The notes beneath the pieces were generated by a model. The model was not told the origin of the DNA. It worked only from the letters and a program-made list of their open reading frames with translations, and did no database searches. DNA of 63,710 nucleotides, filler included, from Octopus bimaculoides (taxonomy: Eukaryota): NCBI RefSeq assembly GCF_001194135.2. It is 4 parts of 4 records of this genome, joined end to end, with 100 filler letters (N's around TTAATTAATTAA, not from the genome) between each part and the next. Parts side by side here need not be neighbours in the genome. Positions count along the whole stretch, not along the records: positions 1 to 28,193 come from NC_068996.1; positions 28,294 to 54,311 come from NC_068981.1; 2 more parts are not named here. One strand, given 5' to 3'. Made by a program: the position numbers and the translations under genes. How positions within the stretch are numbered: the first letter of the stretch is position 1; every line of letters starts with the position of its first letter. This document shows, in pieces, positions 22,704 through 36,139 of the stretch.

Positions 22704-25700
22704 TCACCTCCTTTGAGATTTACTTCCTAGGAAAGTTTAATATTTCTTCTGTTTAGGCACTACTTCTAACCGTTCTGTGTTTCCTCTTTCTTGTGCTGCT
22801 ACGCCTAGGTTCGACTTCTTGCGCTGGAACATTAAAGTCGTCTATGGCTAGCTCTTTTCTTTTTCCTTATACCTACTTTTTAACTGGTTTAAATGTCTTT
22901 CGTGTCCCTATTTTCGCTTCTTATCATATATGTCATTTTGCCTTATCGGTTTGTTACAACTCCGCCTTCCGAATCATCTCTTCCATTTTTATATATTTTG
23001 AAAAACACCTTGTCACCAATATCAAAATACTTTGTCCTATTGTTAGTGTTTACCCCATTTGTTGTTTTTACTGGTAACAGCTTGTCAAAATTTGACTAAT
23101 TTTCAAGCAAACATTAGTTCCGCAACCGACTTACCTGAACAAGTTTGGCATTATGCTATAAACCCTCAAGAATTGTGTCAATGTTGCATCATTGACTAGC
23201 ACGTTTCTTGATTTCTTTAATGCATTTTTAAATGTATCCACGAACCGTTTCGCTTGCCCGTGTGGAGTGATATGGCGGAGTAAGAGATGTGTTCATGTGC
23301 GTATATTTTCCAAGCACTTTTGAACTCATACGCCGTAAACTGCTCACGGTATTCGGATACTATGGTGTCAGAGACACCATATCTTGCAAAGAGTTTATGA
23401 AGTAATTTTGTTGTTACCGTAGAGGTTGGTATCCTACATCTACATATTTCTGGCCACTTAGTATAACTATCTTCAACAATCAGGCAATGAAGCCTGGTTC
23501 ATGGACCGTCGGTTTTTGGCCACAATTGGAATTTTACCGGTGGGGAGTTGGCTGCAAGGGCAAAATTTCTGCAGGATTTCACAGACTCTTCAATATCACG
23601 ATCCATTTTAGGATAATATACGTAACTTCTCATTAGTGATTTCATTCTCGAAATCTCTGGAAGACCAATATGAATTCTTTTAATAAACACTTTTGTTGTG
23701 GGGCTGGCACTACTACTCTTTGTGCATACATTAACACATTGTCACTGTGCGAAATGGTTCGAATTTGTGTTGCACATATTTTTATTTTCTTTAGCCTACA
23801 GTGTTTCTTTCATTTTTATAATGGATTTATCGCTCTCTGATTTTGATTTTATGTCGGAAACATCTTGAGTTCACGAATGACGTTACACAAAACATTTCAA
23901 ATTTCAATTTCCGCTCGCAAAGTGGTAATTATAGTATCTTCGAATGGTTCCGCATTTTTCGAAATCAGTCTGGATAAACAATCTGCATGGCCTAATTTCT
24001 TGGATGGTATATATATTCCATCTTGAAATCGTAATTTAATAATATAGTAGCCCAGCATTGCAACATATTGGCAGCATAAGTAGGAATTCCTTTTTTCGAC
24101 CCAAATATCGATAATAACGGTCAGTGATCAGTCTGTAGCCGAACACTTCTACCATTCAAAAATTTGTGAAATTTTCTCACGGCAAAAATGATCACTAGAG
24201 TTTCTTTTTCGATATGACTATAATTTTTCTCTGCTGATATCAGAGATTGTGAAGCATGAACCACCGCCTTCATGTTACCATCTTTATATTTATGTAGCGG
24301 TACTACTCCTATACTGTACTCAGAAGCGTCTGAAGCTACAACAATCTCCGCTGAACGACAAATCAGATAATATTTAATAAATTTTTCCGAACGCCTTTTG
24401 GCAATTTTCTGACTAATTCCATATCATATCTTTTTTTCAGCAATTTATTCAGTGGAGCCCTAACCTTATGCATATTTGGGATATAAATTTGGTAATAATC
24501 TGCCAGTTCTAAATATGCTTGTAAGGTCGCTATATTAGTCGGAGAAGGCATACTTTTAATTGCATCTGCCCTCGACAGGTCATGTCGTCGTCCATTTCTG
24601 TTAATGACTTGTCCTAAGTGTCTTATTTCTGGTAACAAAAATTCATAATTTTTTTCATTCAAGGTAAAGCAATAATCTTTAATTTTTTCAAATACATATT
24701 TTACGTGCTCGACGTGTTGATCTCTGGATTCACTTTCCATGTATGGAATTGCTAATTCACTGTCCGCTAACATTGCATCCATAATCTGTTGAAAAATCAC
24801 TGGTGCGACTTTTAAACCAAATGGTGACCTCTTGTATTTATAAAGTCCTTTATGTGTGTTGACTGTTAGGTATTTCGAGTATTCATCGTTTACTTTAATT
24901 TGTAGGTACGCGTCAGAGACATCCAATTTAGAAAATATCTTTCCACCGTTTAATTTCGCTAAAATATTCTCCGGAGTAGGTAGCAGATAGTGGCACATCT
25001 TAAGACATTCGTTTAAACCAGTAGGAAAATTAATGCACACTCTGACTTTATTATTCTTTTTCTTAATATACACAGCTGGTGCTGCCCATTTAGAATATTC
25101 CACATTTTGGATAACTCAACTTTTTCCTAGTCTCTCTTGTTCTTCATTGACTTGCTTCATCGCTGTGAAGTGTACCATTCTTTTAGGTTTAAATATTGGT
25201 ATGGCGTTTTCTTTTGTTTGAAAATAGGCCTTTGTCTTAGTGCACAGACCTAATCTATGGGATAGAACTTCAGAAAAAATACTTTTTATTTTTCTTTCAA
25301 TTCGTCTGACGACTTGCTTTTACTGGAGGAAAAAAACCATTTACATTTTTGCAGAACAGATTTACGGGGAAGTCCACTAAATTAAACAATTCCATCCAGT
25401 CAGTACCGAACAAGTTTGTTGTATTATTCAACACAAAATAAGTAACCTCAGTTATCATTTCGTCCCAAAAATATAATTTTTTTCCTGAGATACCATTCAC
25501 AATTTTTAAAGTTTCCATTAATGTTGGCTCTCCTATTTTTCCCAAGTGTCAGTGTTAATAATTGTAATGTCAGTGCCTGTATCTAGCTGTAACTTCACGT
25601 TCACATTATTAATTTTTAAGTACACAAACTTTCTTTTGTGAGCCTCGCGAAGACTTTCTGTTGAGAAAACCTTCCCAGAATTCTTTCCAATCGACCTTTT

Positions 25701-26642
25701 TTATTCTGCTCTGCAATGTGAGCTTTTATGTATAATTTTTTTGACAGTTAAAACATTTGAAATTTTTCAACGGAGAGTAATTTTAAAAATCTAGCCCTCC
25801 GCACCCATAGCATGGATTGGATTTTGATTTAGATTTTTCTTTTTCCTTATCCGTTACAGGTCGACACGCATGTATGTGAGAGTAATCCTTTTCTTCGATT
25901 TTATTTGCATTATGTCATAGATTAATAATTCGCTGACATTCCTCTGCCACCATCTGCAGAGTCAAATTCTGGTCCTATTCTAATTTTGCCAATATCCAGC
26001 CACGTATCTCTGCATCTTTGCTTGGAACAAAAATTAGGCATTTGAACACGCACAGGGTTAATTCTTTCTCGCATTCTCGATTGATGACCCCGGCATAGGT
26101 GACGAAATATTCATCGTCTTTTTTACTAAATTCAAACACTCGCAGCGAATATTGAACAGTGAATTTCACTCATAGAAAATTTTCGATAACAATTTGTTTC
26201 CTCGAGTCAAATTTCAGGTTTTTTGTTTTTTGGCAGAATGTAGTTACAATATTTTTCGTGTTCAGTAGGAGATAATTTTCTTAAAAGTAGTCGTACCTTT
26301 TCATTGTCCATCCAATTTTTGCATTTCTCTCTGAAGATTTCTTAATTTCTTCGGAAATATGCAAAAATAGTAATATCTTCTTCCGGGTTATAACTAAATT
26401 CTGCAATTACGTTTGCTACGCCGTCTGACGAGAAGGAACCTGGAGTATTCTTGGACATCAACATTAATTCCAGCAACGGTTGGTATTGTTGTTATTGTTG
26501 TAATTACTGCTGTAACTTCGGTTGCTGTTGCAACTGCACCACAGAAACTACTAAGTCTTCCATGTTAACAAATGTTTCCTTGATTATGCTATAAAAGAAA
26601 ACGTTAATGTCCGACGTAAGCTTCGAATAAACTCGTCACGAC

Positions 26643-26861
26643 TTTTATATCCTTCTATACGTTGGATATAGAGATTTCACGAAGCGAGGATAGCCACAAC
26701 TGTCTTCATACGACGCACTTCAAATTACTCCACTAAACACGATACTTCAATAAGCACAGATTCTGAACGGCTCCTACGTCTCAACCAATACGCCACTCTT
26801 TATAAGTGTTCGGCTGATCCATTCTTCCAGTCCCACAGTGGTGTCAATGACTCTCGCCACA
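26643..26861 (-). repeat. Gypsy 5' LTR
   Basis: Diverged direct repeat of 22449-22703. Confidence 0.9.
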
Positions 26862-26920
26862 ACAATGTATATATATTGTAGTGGCGAGAGTCATTGACAC
26901 CATATATGTATAATAAATAT

Positions 26921-27140
26921 ATTTCTTTATTGCCCACAAAGGGCTAAACATAGAGGGGACAAACAAGGACAGACAAAGGGACTAAGTACCCCAGTGCGTA
27001 ACTGGTACTTTATTTATTGACCCCGAAAGGATGAAAGCAAAGTCGACCTCGGCGGAATTTGAACTCATGACGTAACGGCAGACGAAATATCGCTAAGCAT
27101 TTTTCCCGGCGCGTTAACGTTTCTGCCAGCTCGTCGCCTT
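26921..27140 (-). mobile_element. SINE family B (tRNA-like head, GTCGACTTTGCxTTTCATCCTTTCGGGGTC central box, tail type 1)
   Basis: Matches 37701-37897 and 51421-51634. Confidence 0.9.
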
Positions 27141-27149
27141 TTATGTATA

Positions 27150-27197
<48 letters not shown>

Positions 27198-27272
27198 GTA
27201 TGTATGTATGTATGTATGTATGTGTACGTATGTATGTATGAATATATGTATGTATGTATGTATGTATATATA

Positions 27273-28169
27273 TAGTTGAAATATGTTTGTCACATATTTC
27301 AAGTGCTAAAAGACTGCAGTTACCGTGGAGAGAAATCTCTCTTATGATAAAAAGGTGTGAAAACACCCAATTCGTTTAGTGTCGCCATCTCAGACATCGA
27401 TGTTTTAAATTTTTGGACTTTTGTCAATGAGATGTACCTAAGAGAGGCAACTCTGAACGAACTTAATAAAGCTGTAGCTTTATATACAATTCAGTCAACT
27501 AACCTAAATTCTGCTCATATCTAAACACCGCTTTGCGCCAATGACTCACTATTTACCTTGATCGGGTGATCTACTAGCAAATCAGTCAACACGAATTATA
27601 TATAAAGCTACAGTTTTATTAAGTTCATTCAGATTTGCTTTTCTTATGTACATCTCATTGACAAGAGTAAAAAAACTCGAAACATCGATGTCTGAGATTC
27701 CTGACAGAGATGGCGACACTGAACGAACTTGATGTTTTCAAACCTTTTTACCATGAGAGATTTTTCTCCATGGTAACTGCAGTGTACTTGCCTTTAGCAG
27801 TTGAACTAAGTGACAAGCATATTTCAACTAACCAAAGTTCCGCTCTTATTTAAACACCGCTTTTCGCCAATGCTGCGTTATTTGCTTTGATCGGGCGATC
27901 TACTAGCGCAAATCAGTCAACGTGTTCACTGAAATATATATATAGATACAGCTTTATTAAGTTCGTTCTGAGTTGCCTCTCTTAGGTACATCTTATTGAC
28001 AAGAATCAAAAAACTTGAAACATCGATGTCTGGGATTCCTGACAGATGGCGACACTGAATGAAGTAGGTGTTTTCACACCGTTTGAACATGAGAGAGATT
28101 TTTCTCCGCGGTAACTGCAGTGAATTTGTCTTTTAGCAGTTGAAATATGTGACTAACATATTCCAACTA
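27273..28169. mobile_element. Foldback plus tandem element: inverted arm (27273-27487) and two head-to-tail units of about 335 bp (27500-27830, 27831-28169)
   Basis: Termini TAGTTGAAATATG…CATATT(T/C)CAACTA. Each unit ends in a TTGAAxTAxG/CATATTxCAA hairpin. Unit junctions read CAACTA|ACC. Confidence 0.85.
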
Positions 28170-28193
28170 ACCTATATATATATATATATATAT

Positions 28194-28293
28194 NNNNNNN
28201 NNNNNNNNNNNNNNNNNNNNNNNNNNNNNNNNNNNNNTTAATTAATTAANNNNNNNNNNNNNNNNNNNNNNNNNNNNNNNNNNNNNNNNNNNN
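28194..28293. other. Artificial scaffold joiner (44N-TTAATTAATTAA-44N)
   Basis: Identical 100-bp structure at 54312-54411 and 58646-58745; stops in all six frames. Confidence 0.95.
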
Positions 28294-29539
28294 TGGTGGT
28301 GGTAGTGGTGGTGGTGGTGGTGGTGGTGACCGTCGTCGTCGTTGTGATAACAGAAAAGAGAAAATGGTCTGAGTATATCTCTGTGCATGTGTGAACCTGT
28401 GTATGTATATATATGCATATATATGTACGTACACACACACACGCACACACGCACACACACACACACACACGCACGCACACACACACACATATATATATAC
28501 ATAGACACACACACACAATACACTACGCACATGAATGTTAACGGAAGAGGGTGTCTACAGATTGTTTGGTCGGGTTGTGTCATATAATGAGTAAGGAGGG
28601 AGGAGGAGGAGGAAGCGGAGGTGGTGGAAGGAATAGACGGTCGTGGGTGGATGGGTGGACAGTGAAGTGAGATTGTTACAGTCTGTGTTATTGTGGTTTC
28701 TTTTGTGAAAGAGACTCAGTTCAAGACCTTGTGTGAATAATTCGTTGCTAAGGGGAAATTACAAATACCGCTATTGTGCTCCATCTACGGTAAAACGATG
28801 TTCAGCAGCCGGAGAAGAAGACTTGGGAAATTTAGTGAAAACCTCTTGGTTCTTGGTCGCAGCCTCCTCTTCTGCTTCGCATTTTTTTTTTTTTTTTTTT
28901 TNNNNNNNNNNNNNNNNNNNNNNNNNNNNNNNNNNNNNNNNNNNNNNNNNNNNNNNNNNNNNNNNNNNNNNNNNNNNNNNNNNNNNNNNNNNNNNNNNNN
29001 NNNNNNNNNNNNNNNNNNNNNNNNNNNNNNNNNNNNNNNNNNNNNNNNNNNNNNNNNNNNNNNNNNNNNNNNNNNNNNNNNNNNNNNNNNNNNNNNNNNN
29101 NNNNNNNNNNNNNNNNNNNNNNNNNNNNNNNNNNNNNNNNNNNNNNNNNNNNNNNNNNNNNNNNNNNNNNNNNNNNNNNNNNNNNNNNNNNNNNNNNNNN
29201 NNNNNNNNNNNNNNNNNNNNNNNNNNNNNNNNNNNNNNNNNNNNNNNNNNNNNNNNNNNNNNNNNNNNNNNNNNNNNNNNNNNNNNNNNNNNNNNNNNNN
29301 NNNNNNNNNNNNNNNNNNNNNNNNNNNNNNNNNNNNNNNNNNNNNNNNNNNNNNNNNNNNNNNNNNNNNNNNNNNNNNNNNNNNNNNNNNNNNNNNNNNN
29401 NNNNNNNNNNNNNNNNNNNNNNNNNNNNNNNNNNNNNNNNNNNNNNNNNNNNNNNNNNNNNNNNNNNNNNNNNNNNNNNNNNNNNNNNNNNNNNNNNNNN
29501 NNNNNNNNNNNNNNNNTATAAATGGAACAAGAACGTAAC

Positions 29540-30040
29540 AGTTGACAAGAAAACATTCGGACAGTAAGTGATACAAAAAAGGACAGGAAAAAGAAACAAG
29601 GACGGGTCCTTCGGAGCTTTCAATCTTCAGTCGAGAAGCAGATCGTCTTTGCATTTTCAGCCGGTTAATCTCGAGACTGTTCTAATCTGGCCGGCTCCAA
29701 AGAAATCTAAGCCAAGAGGACTAGATTCTTTGGAAGAAAGCAAGCGAATGTATACAAAAACAAGGACGAAAAAAAAAACGGAGAAATGGTACACAATTAT
29801 AAATACAAACAACAGGACATTAACAACAGGTGCCTTTCGACTAGGGACGAATTAAATTAAGCTGGCGTGTGTGGAAGTGAAACCTTACAGCAGGAACATA
29901 GATGATAGGCATGGGAAGAAATACAAGAGATGCTACATGGATGGTAGTCGAACCAAGAAAGAAAGGTCAGGCTTGGTCGAACATCGGTTACGTGGAAGGA
30001 GAGGAGAGAGGTAGTGGGTAGAGGGATTGAAGAATTAGGG
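29540..30040 (-). repeat. Family E copy 3, with a degenerate hammerhead-like motif (29597-29636)
   Basis: Reverse-complement homology to 5745-6340 and 8330-8830. Minus strand reads CTGAAGA-TTGAAAGCTCC-GAAG-GACCC-GTC. Confidence 0.7.
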
Positions 30041-30079
30041 AGGAACGAGAAAGAGAGGAAAAAAGGAAGGGGACAGACT

Positions 30080-30275
30080 GAGCTTGACAACCGATGTTGG
30101 TAAATTTACGTTTCCGTAACCTAGCTGTTCGGTAAAAGAGAACAATAGAATAAGTACTAGGCATACAAAGAATAAGTCCTGGGGTCGATTTCTTCGACTA
30201 TAATAATTCTTTAAGGCGGTGCTCCAGCATGGCCGCAGTCGAATGAATGAAGCAAGTAAAAGATTAAAAAATATA
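30080..30275 (+). mobile_element. SINE family A 3' half
   Basis: …TAGAATAAGTACTAGGC…AAGGCGGTGCTCCAGCATGGCCGCAGTC. Confidence 0.88.
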
Positions 30276-30954
30276 AATAGAAGATATAAGCATTGCACCA
30301 GGTTTGAATATTTAAGTTCTAAAAACAACAACATCACCACTACTCTATAAACCCAGAACGACCTTGTGAACTAACACCACTAACACCAATGAGCAGAAAA
30401 CATAACTAATGTTTCGCCATGGCCCCACACAATTTTGTTATATAAACCTTCGCTTTCTTTAGTAACACTACCCGTAAATGGGCGTTAAATTCCAGGTTAA
30501 CAACCACTGCTATAAACCGTAAACCTACGCAACAGTTTCCATTTTAATTCACCCTCTCCATTACTAACTTGTTTTCTGCTCTTTTCCTCTTTCCTTACTT
30601 GACAGGACGAGCTGCAAAATATAAGTGCTGCTAACAGGGTATAAATTTACGACTCTTCCTATTTGGTTTCTTAATCCTTTCATAATCCTTTCCTTAATCC
30701 TTTGGTAAAACTCATGTGTCCATTGTTTGAACCGGTTGTTTATCTTTGGCCTTATTATTTTTAGTGGTGTTGGTCGTGGTGACTGTTGCAGTTGTTTGTT
30801 TGTTATTCTTGTTATTATTGTTATTGTTTAGCTCGCTGATTAGCCCTGATCGAGCAGACCTATTATCAAAGGTTTCCCAGTCGTGACTATCGCGTCGATT
30901 TCTGTATCCGGGACTACTACATGCTCCAATGTATCCTTGTCCCAGTCGTGACTG

Positions 30955-31062
30955 TATGAAAAGAAGTTTGCTACTCAATCCCTTGGTTCCGAGTTCAGTT
31001 CCACTGCGTAGCACCATGGTAAGTGTCTTCTATTGTAGTCTCGAGTCGACCAAAGCCTTGGG
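30955..31062 (+). mobile_element. SINE family A head followed by (GAA)n (31070-31158)
   Basis: GGTTCCGAGTTCAGTTCCACTGCGTAGCACC…GACCAAAGCCTTG. Confidence 0.75.
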
Positions 31063-31158
31063 AAGAGGAGGAGGAAGAAGAAGAAGAAGAAGAAGAAGAA
31101 GAAGAAGAAGAAGAAGAAGAAGAAGAAGAAGAAGAAGAAGAAGAAGAAGAAGAAGAAG

Positions 31159-31366
31159 CCTTTCTGCTATAGGCACAAATCTGAGGGGAGGGTTTTGGCC
31201 GATTACATTGATCCCAGTGCTCGACTTGTATTTATTTTACCTACCCACGAAAAGTTGAAAGGCGAAGTCGACCTCGGCGGAATTTGAACTCAGAACGTAA
31301 AGACGGACGAAATACCGCTAAGCAGTTTTGTTTGACGTGCTTAACGATTCTGTCAGCTCACAGCCT
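31159..31366 (-). mobile_element. SINE family B, tail type 2
   Basis: Same head and body as the other B copies, but the tail matches 63312-63370 rather than the AATAAAGAAATA tail. Confidence 0.8.
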
Positions 31367-31795
31367 ATGACAATAATGATGATAAGCCCGACTATGGGAA
31401 ATGAAAATGAAGATAATATTCTTATGATGACGATGATGAAGATGATCATCATCATCATCATCATCGTCATTATTATTATGTTGTTTTTTTTTCTTCTTTC
31501 TTCAAATTTTCTTCCATTTCTCGCCGAGTGTTTTCCGTACACCTAGGGCAGAGAAACTCGTTATATGCATTCCCAGTTTACACACGCAAATTCACAGGTA
31601 AAACATGTATTTAAGAAAGAAAACAAACAAAAAAATTTCATGAATGGATGTTGTTTTCACAGCGATAATGCTCTTCTCAGTACATGAGTCGTTCCAGTTA
31701 GCACGATTTTTTGCACTTCCTGTAGGGATGGTAAGTCTGGTATCAGTTTCAAATAGGTTTCAGTACCTTTTTTTATCATTCCTAGAGATCCTTGA

Positions 31796-31858
<63 letters not shown>

Positions 31859-32191
31859 CATTATTATAAACTTGAGACGCCTCCGGCCCGGCGGAACTTG
31901 TGCTTTCGATATTCTGCAGTCCTTTCAGTCAGAGAGAAGGAATTGGTGAGGGCACTTGCTCCTAAGGTTTCGGGGAAATCTCGAACAGTGGGTTTTTTTT
32001 TATTATCTCTAGAGCCCTTCCTGTATCAGGAGTGTCACGTCACTTCTTTTTCACTGTATACCGTGTATATTTACATATTTTTCTTTTATCATTTCATTAT
32101 TATATGTAAACCCCACACTTTGTGTCTATCTTTGTATTGTCCATTCTCATCCTTCGCCCTTGTGGCAAATAAATGACATCATTATTATTAT

Positions 32192-32401
32192 TATACTCTT
32201 ATACTCTTTACTTGTTTCAGTCATTTGACTGCGGCCATGCTGGAGCACCGCCTTTAGTCGAGCAAATCGACCCCAGGACTTATTCTTTGTAAGCCTAGTA
32301 CTTATTCTATCGGTTTCTTTTTGCCGAACTGCTATGTTACGGAGACGTAAACACACCAGCATCGGTTGTCAAGCGATGTTGGAGGGACAGACACAGACAC
32401 A

Positions 32402-32410
<9 letters not shown>
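32192..32410 (-). mobile_element. SINE family A 3' half ending in (CA)n(TA)n and a gap
   Basis: Near-identical to 60878-61053. Confidence 0.9.
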
Positions 32411-32471
<61 letters not shown>

Positions 32472-34469
32472 NNNNNNNNNNNNNNNNNNNNNNNNNNNNN
32501 NNNNNNNNNNNNNNNNNNNNNNNNNNNNNNNNNNNNNNNNNNNNNNNNNNNNNNNNNNNNNNNNNNNNNNNNNNNNNNNNNNNNNNNNNNNNNNNNNNNN
32601 NNNNNNNNNNNNNNNNNNNNNNNNNNNNNNNNNNNNNNNNNNNNNNNNNNNNNNNNNNNNNNNNNNNNNNNNNNNNNNNNNNNNNNNNNNNNNNNNNNNN
32701 NNNNNNNNNNNNNNNNNNNNNNNNNNNNNNNNNNNNNNNNNNNNNNNNNNNNNNNNNNNNNNNNNNNNNNNNNNNNNNNNNNNNNNNNNNNNNNNNNNNN
32801 NNNNNNNNNNNNNNNNNNNNNNNNNNNNNNNNNNNNNNNNNNNNNNNNNNNNNNNNNNNNNNNNNNNNNNNNNNNNNNNNNNNNNNNNNNNNNNNNNNNN
32901 NNNNNNNNNNNNNNNNNNNNNNNNNNNNNNNNNNNNNNNNNNNNNNNNNNNNNNNNNNNNNNNNNNNNNNNNNNNNNNNNNNNNNNNNNNNNNNNNNNNN
33001 NNNNNNNNNNNNNNNNNNNNNNNNNNNNNNNNNNNNNNNNNNNNNNNNNNNNNNNNNNNNNNNNNNNNNNNNNNNNNNNNNNNNNNNNNNNNNNNNNNNN
33101 NNNNNNNNNNNNNNNNNNNNNNNNNNNNNNNNNNNNNNNNNNNNNNNNNNNNNNNNNNNNNNNNNNNNNNNNNNNNNNNNNNNNNNNNNNNNNNNNNNNN
33201 NNNNNNNNNNNNNNNNNNNNNNNNNNNNNNNNNNNNNNNNNNNNNNNNNNNNNNNNNNNNNNNNNNNNNNNNNNNNNNNNNNNNNNNNNNNNNNNNNNNN
33301 NNNNNNNNNNNNNNNNNNNNNNNNNNNNNNNNNNNNNNNNNNNNNNNNNNNNNNNNNNNNNNNNNNNNNNNNNNNNNNNNNNNNNNNNNNNNNNNNNNNN
33401 NNNNNNNNNNNNNNNNNNNNNNNNNNNNNNNNNNNNNNNNNNAGAGAGAGAGAGAGAGAGAGATCACCGTAGGAAACAACACTTGTTTAGTCAGAGAACA
33501 AACGACTGAACGGCAAGTTATAGCAACAAAGCATTCCTCAACATCAGAAGAGATATGACTTTTCATTGGTCATTAAGCTGATATGTCGGGAATGTCGTAA
33601 TTGAACAATGTTGCAGAGAAATGTTCCCGGATCTTCCTCACTTGTTAGGTCCGAATTTCTTCGTATATTTTGTTTTAGTTTGTTTGCTTTTCATTTTTTT
33701 TATTGTTATTGTTTTTGTTCTTGTTTTAGTTTTTCTTGTTGGTGTTGTTGTTGTTGTAGCTGGTGGTGGTGGTTTCAAATGCTGTTATAGTTGCTGTTGT
33801 TATCTTCGTATCTTTGTTATCTCTGTTGCTCTACTTTTCTTCTTGATGATCGGGATGACGACGATGATGATGATGATGATGATGATAATAGCGATGACGA
33901 CGACGATGATGATGACGACGACAACGATGATGACACTGGACAATGATGATGATGAGGATGATGATGATGGTGATGACGATAATGAACAATGGTGTTAATA
34001 GTAGCGATTATTATGGTGGTAATCAAGATGTTTATGTTGCCATATCTGCAAAAACGGACAACAATGATGGAACACTGATGCGAATTCTTCAAATTGTACC
34101 GTTTCTATGTTTGTATGTACGTATATATATATGTATGTATGTAAGTTCTCTTCTTTTTTACATATTTGATTTCTTACTCTATGGAAGGAACTGGTTCCTA
34201 ACAAAAATTAAAAGTTCCTTCGTTGAATACAGATAACAAAACAGATTCACTATTGTACTTGAGATAAGTCTTGCACATTTTTATTGTTCCACTTACAGGT
34301 TATATTTATGACATTAACGGGTTGGTTTCTTTTTCTGGAAACACTATATCATTCAGATTGTCACTTAGGCATTTAGTTGCAAAAACCAAGTGCACCGGTT
34401 ATCACATCTATAAGTGTGAATTATTATCTAGCTTTAAAATATAGAAGTTTCGAAGCAGTTGTCCGTAGT

Positions 34470-34539
<70 letters not shown>

Positions 34540-34548
<9 letters not shown>

Positions 34549-35670
34549 TCTCCTTCTCTTCGATTTTTTGGGAAGATATTCACATCAACAAGATATATGA
34601 CCTCTACAGGGTGTCCACAAAGTCTGGGTACATGGGGATTAACACATACTTTAAGAAATTATTATTTCTTATATTTAATTGTTTATGCTATGATTTTATT
34701 TACTCCATGTACCCAGACCTTGTGGACACCCTGTATAATGGTACATACTTCTTCTTGTCTGTCCCAAACAACAATACCCCATCTGTTACGTTTACACTAG
34801 ACAGAAGTTTTGATAGGTATGTCCACCAAAATTACTTCTGTTGATGTTTATGCATGTATTCAATAACATAGGATTCTCTAACTTTATTGCAGAAAAGTCT
34901 TTTTTCCGAGTGACTTTGTTTACTACTTTAGTGACAACGTCGCGGCGCAAAGGGCTGTAGTACCTTGATGACATTTGCAGAGGACTAATAATATTTGATG
35001 TTTTCCGCAGAAATATGACATAATCTATATTTCCTGTTGCATCTTTGGCTTCCAAGGACTTCTTTGTCTCTTTTGTTCACTAAGTATTAAATAGCAACCC
35101 CCGGTTCCTGGATATCAAATGCGTAGCCTTCGAAGTGTGATGGAATGTAGCGGTCACGAGCCCAAGAGAAATGTCGATGTTACTATCTTCGTATCGATAC
35201 CACTGTTTTCTTGAAGTCTTCACGAAACATACGCATGCATAGTCTTTTTTTGGTATGCTAAACGTTTCACATCCAGGCCTTCTTTGAGGTTTGTTACTCT
35301 GGCTGTTTTGTTTCCTGAAAAGCTCACCACCGATACGCAGGATATTGTTCTTTTCACTTTGCAGCACTAAGTTAAAGTACTTATTTTTGCTGCTGTTGTT
35401 TAGCAGGTACTGAGAGACACTATACGACATTCAAAGGTTGTCTGCGCTGATCACAATCTCCTACTGCCTTCATCCCTTCTTAGGTATACCCTGTCGATAT
35501 CACTGTTTCTGTAGACGTCTCCAGTTGATGTCAGGATTTTGCGGATTTTAATGTCTATGAAGTGGATTTCCTCTACAAACCAGTCAAATATGCCAAATGT
35601 TGGAATCAGCACTGGTACTGCAAATGCATTGAGGGTTCCGGCTGCCATATTTTTCTAAGTTTGGAATAAT
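34540..35670 (-). mobile_element. R4/Dong-clade LINE fragment (RT thumb, zinc knuckle, REL)
   Basis: LNAFAVPVLIPTFGI…IRKILT…DIDRVYLRRDEG; HFEGYAFDIQE; MSSRYY.PLR.DVV; IVVWDRQEEVCTIIEV. Confidence 0.85.
34607..34733. mobile_element. Tc1/mariner MITE (127 bp) with TA TSD, nested in the R4 REL domain
   Basis: TA-CAGGGTGTCCACAAAGTCTGGGTACATGG…CCATGTACCCAGACCTTGTGGACACCCTG-TA; removing it restores CTII|EV. Confidence 0.92.
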
Positions 35671-36139
35671 ATTCTCGAGTCATTCTATCTTTATTCACAG
35701 CACCTTCGTATGATATGTCTTCATAAATTCCTAGATATTTGTAGCATTCTATGTGTGGAACAGAAGAGATAGTGAGGCCGTTGATTCATAAGCTCTGAGT
35801 CTGTGGTGGGAGCGATTTTGTATGCATGCACGTATGTAGTGCATGAATAAATGCGTGTATGTATGTGTGTATGTATGCATGTATGTATGTATTTATATAT
35901 ACGTGAACATGTGTATGTCTGTGTGACACAAGGAGAATATGAAAGTGCCAAGCAAAAAAAACTCAGAGATGAGGTGGGATGGTGGAGGAAGCTGCAATAG
36001 TGTTGCTATCTTGAGCATCTGCGATTCCTCCAGTGGTGGTAATTGCAGCTGGGATACGAAAGAGGGCGATAGGGAGTGCTGGAGGCTGGAGGAAAATATT
36101 AACGGAGGTTATCTTATAATAATTCAACAAGAGACATTC

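Larger units (their letters stand above)
22449..26861 (-). mobile_element. Ty3/Gypsy LTR retrotransposon (Mag/K02A2.6-like), degenerate gag-PR-RT-RNaseH-IN, about 4.4 kb
   Basis: RT: WAAPAVYIKKKNNKVRVC…IFSKLDVSDAYLQI…PFGLKVAPVIFQQIMD. IN zinc finger: RMKSLMRSYVYYPKMDRDIEESVKSC. IN core: GQAKRFVDTFKNALKK. Paired LTRs, PBS-like GTCGTGACGAG near 26632-26642, PPT AAAGGAGGTGA at 22704-22714. Confidence 0.93.

Noticed and set aside
27273-28169. CRISPR-like or other prokaryotic array interpretation of the tandem repeats
   Set aside because: No short repeat-unique spacer periodicity and no cas genes; the context is eukaryotic with intronless histones and SINEs.
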